NCBI GenBank assembly: GCA_021773395.1
Contig: JAJFKB010000004.1
Location: 26,087 to 90,086, forward strand
Direction of reading: 5' to 3'
DNA: 64,000 nt
From: Gammaproteobacteria bacterium
Lineage (GTDB): Bacteria; Pseudomonadota; Gammaproteobacteria; Pseudomonadales; IMCC2047
Positions within the stretch are counted from its first letter, which is position 1. Every line of letters starts with the position of its first letter. Below, piece after piece: positions 18,067 through 26,744 of the stretch. A program made the translations under genes and the position numbers. The notes beneath the pieces were generated by a model that made no database searches, was not told the origin of the DNA, and saw nothing but the letters and a program-made list of their open reading frames with translations.

Positions 18067-18114
18067 TTGACTCCACTACGAATACTTTTATAATCGAGAA
18101 TGATTCTCATTACC
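18067..18114 (+). promoter_or_regulatory. sigma-70 promoter plus Fur box upstream of the iron permease
   Basis: TTGACT (18067-18072), 16-nt spacer, TATAAT (18089-18094). Immediately after comes GAGAATGATTCTCATTACC (18096-18114), which matches 15 of 19 positions of the Fur consensus GATAATGATAATCATTATC. It has a palindromic core gagaat-g-attctc. Confidence 0.6.
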
Positions 18115-18171
18115 ATAAAAGAGATAATAGCCTGTCTATCTGCCTTCTTTAACCAACTACAGAAATTGTCT

Positions 18172-20079
18172 ATGAAGCAAGTCAGTAAATACTTATTGTC
18201 ACTCCTGATCATTTTAGGGGCAAGTACTGCTTTTGCCATAAACCCCAACCAAATTGCTGATCTGCGCCAACTTGTTCAATTGGCGGAATATATTAGTGTT
18301 GATTACCCTGCCGCTGTGCAAAACGGCCAGATAATTAACGCTGAAGAACACCAGGAAATGATTGAGTTTTCAGGCATGATTCTTGATAAAAGCCTACTTT
18401 TAGCAGAGCTATCGGATGGAAAGGCTTCCATTTCGGATAAAGCAAAATCCCTTCAAATGGCCATTATCGGCAAGCAGGAGGTTGAAGCAGTTCAGGCGCT
18501 AGCGACTGTATTAAGGCAATCATTATTAGCATTGGCGCCGCAAGCTTCTGTCCCAGATAGCCTGATGACCAAAGCGCAAAGCCAGGCGTTGTATCAGGAA
18601 AGTTGTGCTGGTTGTCATGGCGAAACAGGGCAGGGAAATGGCCCCATGGCTGTTGATCTTGCGCCACCCCCTACCAATTTTACGGATAAAGGACGCGCTA
18701 ATAACCGGTCTATTCTTGGTTTGTACGATGCCATTTCCAATGGAATTGACGGCACATCGATGACAGCTTTCAGCCACTTAACAGAGATGCAAAGATGGTC
18801 CCTCGCCTTTTATGCCGGTAGTCTTGCCTTTCAGTCCTCAACAAGCGCGCAAGAACAAACCAAACCAGTGATTTCTCTGCAACAGATGATCACTGACAGT
18901 CCCTACCTTCTAGCCAGAAATTTGCCTGCAAACCAAAAAAATCAGATTGAGCTACTACGCGCTAACCCACAGTCTTTATTTAAAACAGAAGCTAACCCGC
19001 TCTCTATCACCCGACATCAACTCGAAGCCGCTGTTGATGCATACCGCAACGGCGACTACAACATAGCCCATAATTTTGCAGTGAGCGCCTATCTGGATGG
19101 TTTTGAGCAGGTTGAAGTTAGCTTGTCGGCAAAAGATGCAGCACTCAAAAAAGAACTTGAGTCCCTTTTGATTTCTCTTCGGAAAATATTCAAACATGGC
19201 GAAAACGACAAGGAATTAAACAGCGTTCTGCCATTGACGTTACAGAAACTGACTCAGGCTGAAAAAATACTCACTGAAACCTCCCTCTCAAGCGGAGAAT
19301 TGTTCAGTGCCAGCTTAATCATTCTATTGAGAGAAGGTTTAGAAGCCCTATTGGTAGTGATCGCGCTTACAACGGTACTGCTGCGCACCAATCGAAAAGA
19401 TGCTCTGAAATATCTGCATTTCGGCTGGATTTCAGCACTCTTTGCCGGCGTGGCCACTTGGGCCGCCGCCCAATCTCTCATTTCCATCAGTGGCGCCAGC
19501 AGAGAAATCATGGAAGGGGTGGGCGCTCTACTCGCCGCGATAGTTTTATTCTATGTAGGCTTTTGGATGCATAATAAATCCCATGCAGCCCAATGGCAGG
19601 CCTACATTCAAAGGCAAGTAGACACACATTTAACAACCGGAACGCTATGGGGGCTTGCGGCACTTTCTTTTGTCGCTGTCTATCGAGAGATATTTGAAAC
19701 CGTCTTGTTTTACCAATCATTACTGACACAATCAGATGCCTCAACCTATTCATCGGTAATAGCAGGATTCATCACGGGCGTTGGGTTATTGTCAATCCTG
19801 GCCTGGTTGCTTATCCGCTATTCAATCAAGTTGCCTATAACCCGCTTCTTTTCCGCAACCACATATTTACTATTGGCGCTTGCATTCGTCTTAATGGGCA
19901 AAGCGATATCCGCTCTACAAGAGGCAGCCGTTGTGAGCATTTCACCCTTCCCGGTTCAGGTTCAAATCGAATGGCTTGGCATATACTCAACCTGGCAAGG
20001 GATACTGGCGCAAGGCTTGATTTTACTAATGTCTATTGCGCTTATTATGATTTCAAAACTTCAAAGGAGGGCCTCTTAG
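18172..20079 (+). CDS. cytochrome c / FTR1-family iron permease fusion protein
   Basis: Start moved to ATG 18172 (MKQVSKYLLSLLIILGASTAFA signal peptide). Heme motif CAGCHG. FTR1 motif REGLEALLVV and a second glutamate-containing helix (REIFETVLF). Six or more C-terminal TM segments. Confidence 0.85.
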   Translation: MKQVSKYLLSLLIILGASTAFAINPNQIADLRQLVQLAEYISVDYPAAVQNGQIINAEEHQEMIEFSGMILDKSLLLAELSDGKASISDKAKSLQMAIIGKQEVEAVQALATVLRQSLLALAPQASVPDSLMTKAQSQALYQESCAGCHGETGQGNGPMAVDLAPPPTNFTDKGRANNRSILGLYDAISNGIDGTSMTAFSHLTEMQRWSLAFYAGSLAFQSSTSAQEQTKPVISLQQMITDSPYLLARNLPANQKNQIELLRANPQSLFKTEANPLSITRHQLEAAVDAYRNGDYNIAHNFAVSAYLDGFEQVEVSLSAKDAALKKELESLLISLRKIFKHGENDKELNSVLPLTLQKLTQAEKILTETSLSSGELFSASLIILLREGLEALLVVIALTTVLLRTNRKDALKYLHFGWISALFAGVATWAAAQSLISISGASREIMEGVGALLAAIVLFYVGFWMHNKSHAAQWQAYIQRQVDTHLTTGTLWGLAALSFVAVYREIFETVLFYQSLLTQSDASTYSSVIAGFITGVGLLSILAWLLIRYSIKLPITRFFSATTYLLLALAFVLMGKAISALQEAAVVSISPFPVQVQIEWLGIYSTWQGILAQGLILLMSIALIMISKLQRRAS

Positions 20080-20220
20080 AACGGTTTATGGTAAAGTGCA
20101 ATTAAGCTATTTTACCAGGCGAAGAATAGCGTGACTTTTGAGTCATATATTCGAAACTTAATCTCGCCTAACCAGTCAAAAAGTGACTCCGTATACAAAA
20201 GAAGTTAATAGTAAATTAAA

Positions 20221-20520
20221 ATGATTCGTCTTTTTCTCTATTGCATAATTGTACTTTTCAGCTGCCATAATTTTGCGGCATCTGTTGACTACTGTGTAGA
20301 GATCAGCCCAGATATATCTTTCGCCCTTGATCAAGATGAGGATGCGGATGACGACACCGAAATCAGTGGCTCAGACGGCGATGAAAAATTTACTCGCAAT
20401 ACATTCTGCACATCAACTCAAAACCTTTTTTGCGCCCATGCGCCCGCACTCTCATACATTTCTGTAAAGAACAACATATCTAATCAATATCATATCCGGT
20501 CTCCTCCCGCCATATTCTAA
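20221..20520 (+). CDS. possible small secreted acidic protein
   Basis: 99 aa. N-terminal hydrophobic signal-like segment (LFLYCIIVLFSCHNFAAS), then the acidic run DQDEDADDDTEISGSDGDE. No recognisable family. Confidence 0.25.
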   Translation: MIRLFLYCIIVLFSCHNFAASVDYCVEISPDISFALDQDEDADDDTEISGSDGDEKFTRNTFCTSTQNLFCAHAPALSYISVKNNISNQYHIRSPPAIF

Positions 20521-20714
20521 TAGATTAACAGTTACCGCAAAGTTCCCTATATGCAGCTACAACTAAAAGTTGCAGCAAAGCCTCTCTGGAATCCTTTCCA
20601 AGACAGCGTTATGCAACAACAGGTTCAGGGCAACTAAGGCATTTGATATAACAGAGCTTATATATAAGAAGAAATCTCAATGTATTACGCGCAAAAGCAA
20701 AATAAGAGTGATGA

Positions 20715-21284
20715 ATGACAAATAGAATTAATAACAAGGTATTAGGTTTTGTCGGTGCGATCTGGGGTATTTTCGGTGTATCTGCCTTCCTTGTCTGGGC
20801 CGTGATTCGCTTGACGCCCTATACGCTGGAATTATTCCATTTGGAATTGAGCTGGTATCATTGGGTTTTACTGCTTTTTAATATTGCCTTTATGGCATAT
20901 TCGGAGGGCTATAAAGGTTTTCAGCAAGCTGCCGCTCCACGATTAGGCGCCAGAGTTCGGTACCTCTATCAAAATCCCAGGGTGCTGCACGTCATATTCA
21001 GCCCTTTTTTCTGTAGCAGTTACTTCCATACGAAACGGCCCAGACTGATTGCCCGTTATATTTTGACTCTGGCCATTGTCTCGCTGATTATTCTCGTCAG
21101 TCATTTTCAGCAACCCTGGAGAGGAATTATCGATACAGGCGTGATAATTGGTTTGGCCTGGGGGCTGATGGCAATACTTTACCAGGGAGTAAAGGCATTA
21201 TTGCCAGGCGAATATCATTTTTCACCAGAGTTACCGGAAAATTCACTAGCTGTGTTAGGGGCTTGTAAAAAAACTGGCCTATAG
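20715..21284 (+). CDS. membrane protein, function unknown
   Basis: 189 aa with 4-5 predicted TM helices. No motif recognised. Confidence 0.5.
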   Translation: MTNRINNKVLGFVGAIWGIFGVSAFLVWAVIRLTPYTLELFHLELSWYHWVLLLFNIAFMAYSEGYKGFQQAAAPRLGARVRYLYQNPRVLHVIFSPFFCSSYFHTKRPRLIARYILTLAIVSLIILVSHFQQPWRGIIDTGVIIGLAWGLMAILYQGVKALLPGEYHFSPELPENSLAVLGACKKTGL

Positions 21285-21337
21285 CCCAAATATTTCGCCA
21301 ATACGCCTAAAATAGCTCTGAAAACCCTATGCATATT

Positions 21338-21385
21338 GGCTTTGATCTAACATCGCCGCGGTGACGGTTTGTCACCGGCATGTGA
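21338..21385. repeat. 48-bp module with internal palindrome ggtgacN6gtcacc, inverted copy of 15672-15719
   Basis: ggctttgatctaacatcgccgcggtgacggtttgtcaccggcatgtga compared with the reverse complement of 15672-15719 (ggctttgatctaacatcgcctcagtgacagattgtcaccgagatgtgg). The first 20 nt are identical and about 40 of 48 match overall. Confidence 0.6.
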
Positions 21386-21461
21386 CCTGCCTTTTCAGGA
21401 ATACGATGTTCTCTATAGGCATCGGCAAAATAGTCATCGGCAAACCCACTCCAACCTCTTT

Positions 21462-21692
21462 CTAATCGCGCAACCGGACATCCATCTGGTCTACAATTTC
21501 AGCCCAATCGGAGTCCTCCGCCAAAGCCTCTCTCAAGAACTGTTTTTGTTCATCGCTAAAAAATGAAGCTTCAAGCATCGAGTCGGTTCTTTGCAGTTTA
21601 TTTTGTAAAAAAAACGCCTCGATTTCATCACTGCTACTGCGCAATCCTAGCTGGGTAAACAGCTCTGTCATCGGGTGGAATTGTGTATCCAT
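21462..21692 (-). CDS. DUF2789-family small protein
   Basis: 76 aa. MTELFTQLGL..SSDEIEAFF...L...EASFFSDEQKQFLREAL..DSDWAEIVDQMD, as remembered for DUF2789. Confidence 0.6.
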   Translation of the reverse strand: MDTQFHPMTELFTQLGLRSSSDEIEAFFLQNKLQRTDSMLEASFFSDEQKQFLREALAEDSDWAEIVDQMDVRLRD

Positions 21693-21843
21693 AATCGCTC
21701 CTCCTGCTGATAGCTGGCTTGTTTGATTCTAAATCCTGCGCAGCCGAACAACCCTTCGCTCTAACGCGAAAAGTACCCATAACGCAGTTAAAAAAAGTCC
21801 CTTTGTAAAAAGCAGCTGATATAGCGCTCTTTTAAGCCGTTTA

Positions 21844-22374
21844 CTATATCCTGGCTACGCCCATGTGCCCCTTTAATGGATTAATCAGCGTCGAATCTTC
21901 GCCGGACATTAAAGCCTCAGGATGATAACGCTCCATGAGCGTTTTAATTTTAGCTTCCTCATCCTTGTGCACGTCCACCATAACCAGATACCTGCCCGCC
22001 TCAATTTCATTGTGGAAGCGGGCAACTTTATAGTTTTCATGGGTTAAGCCAATTAGGGCGCCCAGCCAACTACCAAATAATGCACCTATCAATAGCAACA
22101 ACGGCAGAGATAGCGCGCTATATCCGGACACAAAATTGATTGTGATACAAATGGCGAAACCTATAATCAACCCGATTATTCCACCGCGAAAGGCGCTATG
22201 GATCACATCATATTCCTGTAGATAGTTCGCCGAATGCACATGATGCCGGTAAAGACCCTCTCGGTCCTTGCTCAGTACATGGAAATTCCAGTCGGTAATC
22301 CCCTCTTTGTGTATATCGTTAGCAATGTGCTCCGCACTATCTAGGTGTGAAGTAATATAGTAGAGGCGTTTCAT
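21844..22374 (-). CDS. membrane protein, function unknown
   Basis: 176 aa. Soluble N-terminal about 60 aa, two glycine-zipper-like TM helices (GGIIGLIIGFAI..., LIGALFGSWLGALIGL), soluble C-terminal domain. Confidence 0.5.
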   Translation of the reverse strand: MKRLYYITSHLDSAEHIANDIHKEGITDWNFHVLSKDREGLYRHHVHSANYLQEYDVIHSAFRGGIIGLIIGFAICITINFVSGYSALSLPLLLLIGALFGSWLGALIGLTHENYKVARFHNEIEAGRYLVMVDVHKDEEAKIKTLMERYHPEALMSGEDSTLINPLKGHMGVARI

Positions 22375-22525
22375 GATAACCTCCTCGACCGGGTAGCGAT
22401 AATCCCAGCACAGAATCTATTCACCACACCGGATGGTTTGTTTGCGAAATAGCAATAGTTAGATTAACCAGAACGCTATTTGTTCCAGCTGATTACGTTT
22501 AACGGAAGGTCCAACCCAAACTCAA

Positions 22526-23005
22526 TCAGTCTCCCTTCCTGCGTTTTACATATTTTGAATGTACTCCGTGACTGAATGTCTTGGTATGACTCTCCAACAT
22601 ATCAACCCCGTAAAGTATCAGTACCGTGACCACTGAAAGTTTAGCCGCAACCAGCAGGTGTCCCAGAGAAATAGCCACACCGATAGCCGCCAGCACCCAG
22701 ATAGTGGCGGCGGAGGTCACCCCGACAACCGCCCCATCTTTTGCCAGCATCACGCCTGCGCCAAGAAACCCAATACCGGTAATGATCTGCCCGATCACCC
22801 TTGAAGGATCAGTGATTTCGCTATTGAGCAGCAAGGCTGAATGTAAAAAGACATAGGTTCCCAAAGTGATTAGCGAAGAGGTCCGAATACCTACCGGCTT
22901 TCCTCTTATCTGTCGCTCCAGACCAATAATCGCCCCACAAAATACGGCTGTCCCGATTGAGGGCCAATCGTAAGGTGCAATGGAAAACAGCGCATCCAAA
23001 TTCAA
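22526..23005 (-). CDS. MgtC/SapB family membrane protein
   Basis: 159 aa. GAIIGLERQIRGKPVGIRTSSLITLG is the MgtC-family signature region. Lies 20 nt downstream of ptsP. Confidence 0.8.
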   Translation of the reverse strand: MNLDALFSIAPYDWPSIGTAVFCGAIIGLERQIRGKPVGIRTSSLITLGTYVFLHSALLLNSEITDPSRVIGQIITGIGFLGAGVMLAKDGAVVGVTSAATIWVLAAIGVAISLGHLLVAAKLSVVTVLILYGVDMLESHTKTFSHGVHSKYVKRRKGD

Positions 23006-23025
23006 TCCAAGTTTCTCCTAAATTA

Positions 23026-25263
23026 TCAACGTATAAGTTCAGCAAGACCCAGTTTCTTGAGCTCATCGCCCACCAGTTTGCGAATCTGATCTGGATGATT
23101 TAATTGCAACGCGCGGTCGGCAATCTCCTCGGCCTGTGCGATTGAGATACTCCGAATCAACTTTTTAATATAGAGCAGCTTGGCTGCGCTCATACTTAAA
23201 GTACGCATCCCCATGCCAAGCAAAATAACTACCGCTACCGGGTCCGCCGCCATTTCCCCACACAAGCTGACCGGTATATTTTGTACTTTTGCAGACTCCA
23301 GTATGCGTTTGATTTCAAGAAGCACACCCGGGTGAACATGGTCATAGCGCGAAGCCACTCTGGCGTTATTTCTGTCCAACGCCAAAAGATACTGGCTTAA
23401 ATCATTTGATCCAATTGATATGAAGTCAACTTTACCGGCCAGAAAAGGGATCTGCGCAATCAGTGCAGGCACCTCAATCATAATACCCAGACGTGGTTTA
23501 ACTATTACATAGCCTTCCGATCCAAGCTGGACACAAGCGTCATCCAGTATTTCTTTAAATTGCTCAATCTCCTGGATTGACGTCACCATGGGCAGCAGTA
23601 TTTGCAGGTTATTGCTACGCTCCGAGGCTCTCAACATGGCCCTTACCTGGGTCATGAGCAGTTGGTTATTATCCAGTGAAAACCGAATACCACGCCACCC
23701 CAATGCTGGGTTCTCCTCATTTTGAATCGGAAAATAGGGCAGTTGTTTGTCACCACCAATATCCAGTGTTCTCATGAAAACAGGCTTTCCGTCATAGGCT
23801 TCAAGCACTTGCCGATATACATTCACCTGCTCATCTTCCGAGGGAAAACTGTCGCGTATTAAAAAGGGTATTTCGGTTCGATACAGCCCGACGCCCTGGG
23901 CACCATTGTTTAGGCCGGGAGATATGTCCGTCAACAATCCGGTATTGGTGTATAAGCGTATCTCTTGTTTGTCCGTTGTCTCAGCTGGTTCCTGCCGCAA
24001 ATTTCGCAGTTGCCGGGTCAGGGCTTTCGACTCTCGAATTATCTTCCTGTATTCGTTCAGCAGTACTTTGTTGGGGCTGATATGTACTTGAGCCTGATCA
24101 CCATCGACGATTAACAGTTGCCCATCAATAAGCCCACCAATACGACCGGTACCCATCACCGCCGGCACACCAAGCGAATTCGCCAGAACCGCTGTGTGGG
24201 ACAAACCGGAACCGCCGAAACACAGAATACCCTTCAGGCGATTCGCAGCAACCGATGCAATATCCGATATACTGACCTGCTGGCCCACCAGAACGATATC
24301 CACGTCAACCTCATGAGTGGAAGCTCGGGTACCTTTCCAGGCATTAAAGAGTTTATTTCCCAGATGGTGAATATCCTCATGTCTGGCCTGAAGATAGGGA
24401 TCTTCCATCGCCAGAAAGACTTCTGAAAAATGCAGAATTGCGAGCTTTAATGCCCCCGGCAACCAATTATTATCCCTGATGTTATGCTCAACTTCTGCGA
24501 CAAATGCCGGATCATTGAGCAACATTTTATAGGCATTAAAAATCCCACTGACACCCTCGCCAACGTCCTTTCCTAACGACCGTTTTTCATCATCAATCTG
24601 ATTGCTGACCCACTTGACCAACGCATGCCATTCGCTAATCGTCGACTCTATATCCAGGCAGGGAGAGTCTGAGACCTCATAAAGTTCACCATGATCGCAC
24701 AGATAACTATACCCAATCGCCACTCCCGGAGAGCCTTTCACTCCAGCCACGCGCGCGCTGAGCTCCATGTCCTCTGCCGATATGGGATAATTTGCCAGTA
24801 ATACTGCAAGCTGCGCCCCGAGGGTAACCAGGAATCCCTCTTCATTTTTCGAGAACTGGCGTTTTTCACTGCTCTGTACAACAAGGACACCGATTACGCG
24901 CCCACCAAATACCAGAGGTATGGCACAAAAACCGTGATATCGCTCTTCCTGGGTTTCGGCAATATAAAGATAGGCCGGGTGTTTTTCAGCATCTGCTATA
25001 TTTACCGGGTGACGCGTACTGGCAACAAGCCCCACAAGGCCTGCACCTGCAGGCAATTTAACCGTTCGCACCGCAGATGCTGCCAACCCATGAGTGGCCA
25101 GCAACAGCATTTCGCCTTCTTTATTGAGCAGATACAGGCTACAAACATCAACCAACATCGCTTCGCTGATCGACTCAACCATCAGCGCAACCTTCTGCTC
25201 ATAAGTAGAAGCCAGAGAAACTTCCTGAACAATATGGGATAGCTGTTGAATAACGTTTTTCAT
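23026..25263 (-). CDS. ptsP: phosphoenolpyruvate-protein phosphotransferase PtsP (EI-Ntr, N-terminal GAF domain)
   Basis: 745 aa. GAF domain followed by the EI core (GGSGLSHTAVLANSLGVPAV phospho-His region, FRTEIPF-like YRTEIPFL, GSNDLSQY, CGEMA). Confidence 0.95.
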   Translation of the reverse strand: MKNVIQQLSHIVQEVSLASTYEQKVALMVESISEAMLVDVCSLYLLNKEGEMLLLATHGLAASAVRTVKLPAGAGLVGLVASTRHPVNIADAEKHPAYLYIAETQEERYHGFCAIPLVFGGRVIGVLVVQSSEKRQFSKNEEGFLVTLGAQLAVLLANYPISAEDMELSARVAGVKGSPGVAIGYSYLCDHGELYEVSDSPCLDIESTISEWHALVKWVSNQIDDEKRSLGKDVGEGVSGIFNAYKMLLNDPAFVAEVEHNIRDNNWLPGALKLAILHFSEVFLAMEDPYLQARHEDIHHLGNKLFNAWKGTRASTHEVDVDIVLVGQQVSISDIASVAANRLKGILCFGGSGLSHTAVLANSLGVPAVMGTGRIGGLIDGQLLIVDGDQAQVHISPNKVLLNEYRKIIRESKALTRQLRNLRQEPAETTDKQEIRLYTNTGLLTDISPGLNNGAQGVGLYRTEIPFLIRDSFPSEDEQVNVYRQVLEAYDGKPVFMRTLDIGGDKQLPYFPIQNEENPALGWRGIRFSLDNNQLLMTQVRAMLRASERSNNLQILLPMVTSIQEIEQFKEILDDACVQLGSEGYVIVKPRLGIMIEVPALIAQIPFLAGKVDFISIGSNDLSQYLLALDRNNARVASRYDHVHPGVLLEIKRILESAKVQNIPVSLCGEMAADPVAVVILLGMGMRTLSMSAAKLLYIKKLIRSISIAQAEEIADRALQLNHPDQIRKLVGDELKKLGLAELIR

Positions 25264-25705
25264 ACCAACTCGTACAATCTAAAACCTAAGAAAAAACAGC
25301 AGCCCAAAAACCCACCACCATCATGAATATACGGTAATAATAAGGCCTTATTACGGCCTTCGCAAAGACATGGAACTGAATTTCAAGAAACATTGTCTCG
25401 ATTCAGTTTCCAAAGAAAGTGCCATGCTATTAAGCAATTATATAAGTGTATTCATCGCAAATAGCAAGGAGTATTGTAACTGTAAAATAAAACAATTTTC
25501 GGATGCTGCATATCCTGAGGCCCAGGACTCAGAGAGATCCGCTGCAGTACTATTTTATTCACTGCTTTGGTTTCGTCCCAGCCAACTATCTTCTCAGTCT
25601 GCCACCTCCTATTTGAGGCTTTCCACTGCACAAGGCATGCATGTTATTATGTAAATACAAATGCTCGGTCAAGTTGGTCACTTCAAACAAGTAAAGGTCA
25701 GCATC

Positions 25706-26635
25706 ATGTCCAAAAGTATCACCGTTGCCGATTTTCAGTTTTCTCAATTGCATATAGAAGTAGCTCGCAATTCAACGGATGATTTCAACCTGTTTCACGA
25801 CAAGAAATACTGGCAGCAAATTTTAGGCAACCCATTTAACGGACCAATCGCATTAGGTTTCCAGCTTGAATGCCTGATCGAATATCAACTCCTCCTGTCG
25901 CGCAGGCAGACTAGCGAAAACACTTTCATATCGGACTATGACCTGCAATTCAGTAACTATCAATTTACTTTTGCAGACGTAGTGAGACCGAATCAGCCTG
26001 TTTCCCTGGAAATCCGTAAATCATTACTCAATTCTGGTGAAAACCCGTCACTATCGAATCGCATTTCGCTGAAACACCTCAATAAGCCGATTCTATTTGG
26101 GTTTAAAAAAGAAACACCGAAACCTCTATTTCTAGCAGAAATCGATTTAGGTACGCTACCTGATTTGACCCGGATTCCGGATCGCTCTTTTTTCAGCGAT
26201 AATCAATATTTTCTCAAACGGAAATATATGAGTGTGGGCAATGCCAAAAACTTTATCGCAGGCTCACTGGCCGAACAGTCTGACTATTTCAATGAAATTG
26301 AAGACAAGTTTATTTTCCCTGAGACCTTTCCAGTTTCACTAATTTCATGCGCGCTTTTGGAGCGAGCCACCAAAGAGTCGCATAATTTTAAAAAGGAGCC
26401 AATGGTCTATCACTCCCATAGATTTTCCATTGATCGACGCTTAAGCCTCGAACTAAAAAGTAATGACCAATTAAACATCCTGCTGGCACCTGTTGAGATC
26501 CTGGAGGCTGAAGCGGGCTTGAGAGGTACAGGCGTCAAACAACAGCTTTGCCGATGTTTTGGCGTGCTTTCAGGAAACCGAGTCCTGTTTCGTGCCGAGA
26601 TCTCCATGGTTGCACTACAGGATATCCTCAAGTAA
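25706..26635 (+). CDS. hypothetical protein, possibly a double hot-dog (MaoC-like) fold
   Basis: Start chosen at ATG 25706 (aaagg 8 nt upstream). DDFNLFHD resembles the MaoC D-x-N-P-x-H region. Otherwise unrecognised. Confidence 0.4.
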   Translation: MSKSITVADFQFSQLHIEVARNSTDDFNLFHDKKYWQQILGNPFNGPIALGFQLECLIEYQLLLSRRQTSENTFISDYDLQFSNYQFTFADVVRPNQPVSLEIRKSLLNSGENPSLSNRISLKHLNKPILFGFKKETPKPLFLAEIDLGTLPDLTRIPDRSFFSDNQYFLKRKYMSVGNAKNFIAGSLAEQSDYFNEIEDKFIFPETFPVSLISCALLERATKESHNFKKEPMVYHSHRFSIDRRLSLELKSNDQLNILLAPVEILEAEAGLRGTGVKQQLCRCFGVLSGNRVLFRAEISMVALQDILK

Positions 26636-26744
26636 TCCAGCGTCAGTGAGCCTGCATAAATATCTGCGGCTGCCAAAGCCGCTATACGCAATCTGTTTAT
26701 CTGGTTTACACTTGATATAAATCAACCTCCTACACCCAAAGCCA

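Noticed and set aside
18100-18171. Upstream extension of the cytochrome c/FTR1 ORF
   Set aside because: It would place the start codon inside the Fur box and 6 nt after the TATAAT hexamer. The signal peptide begins at the ATG at 18172.
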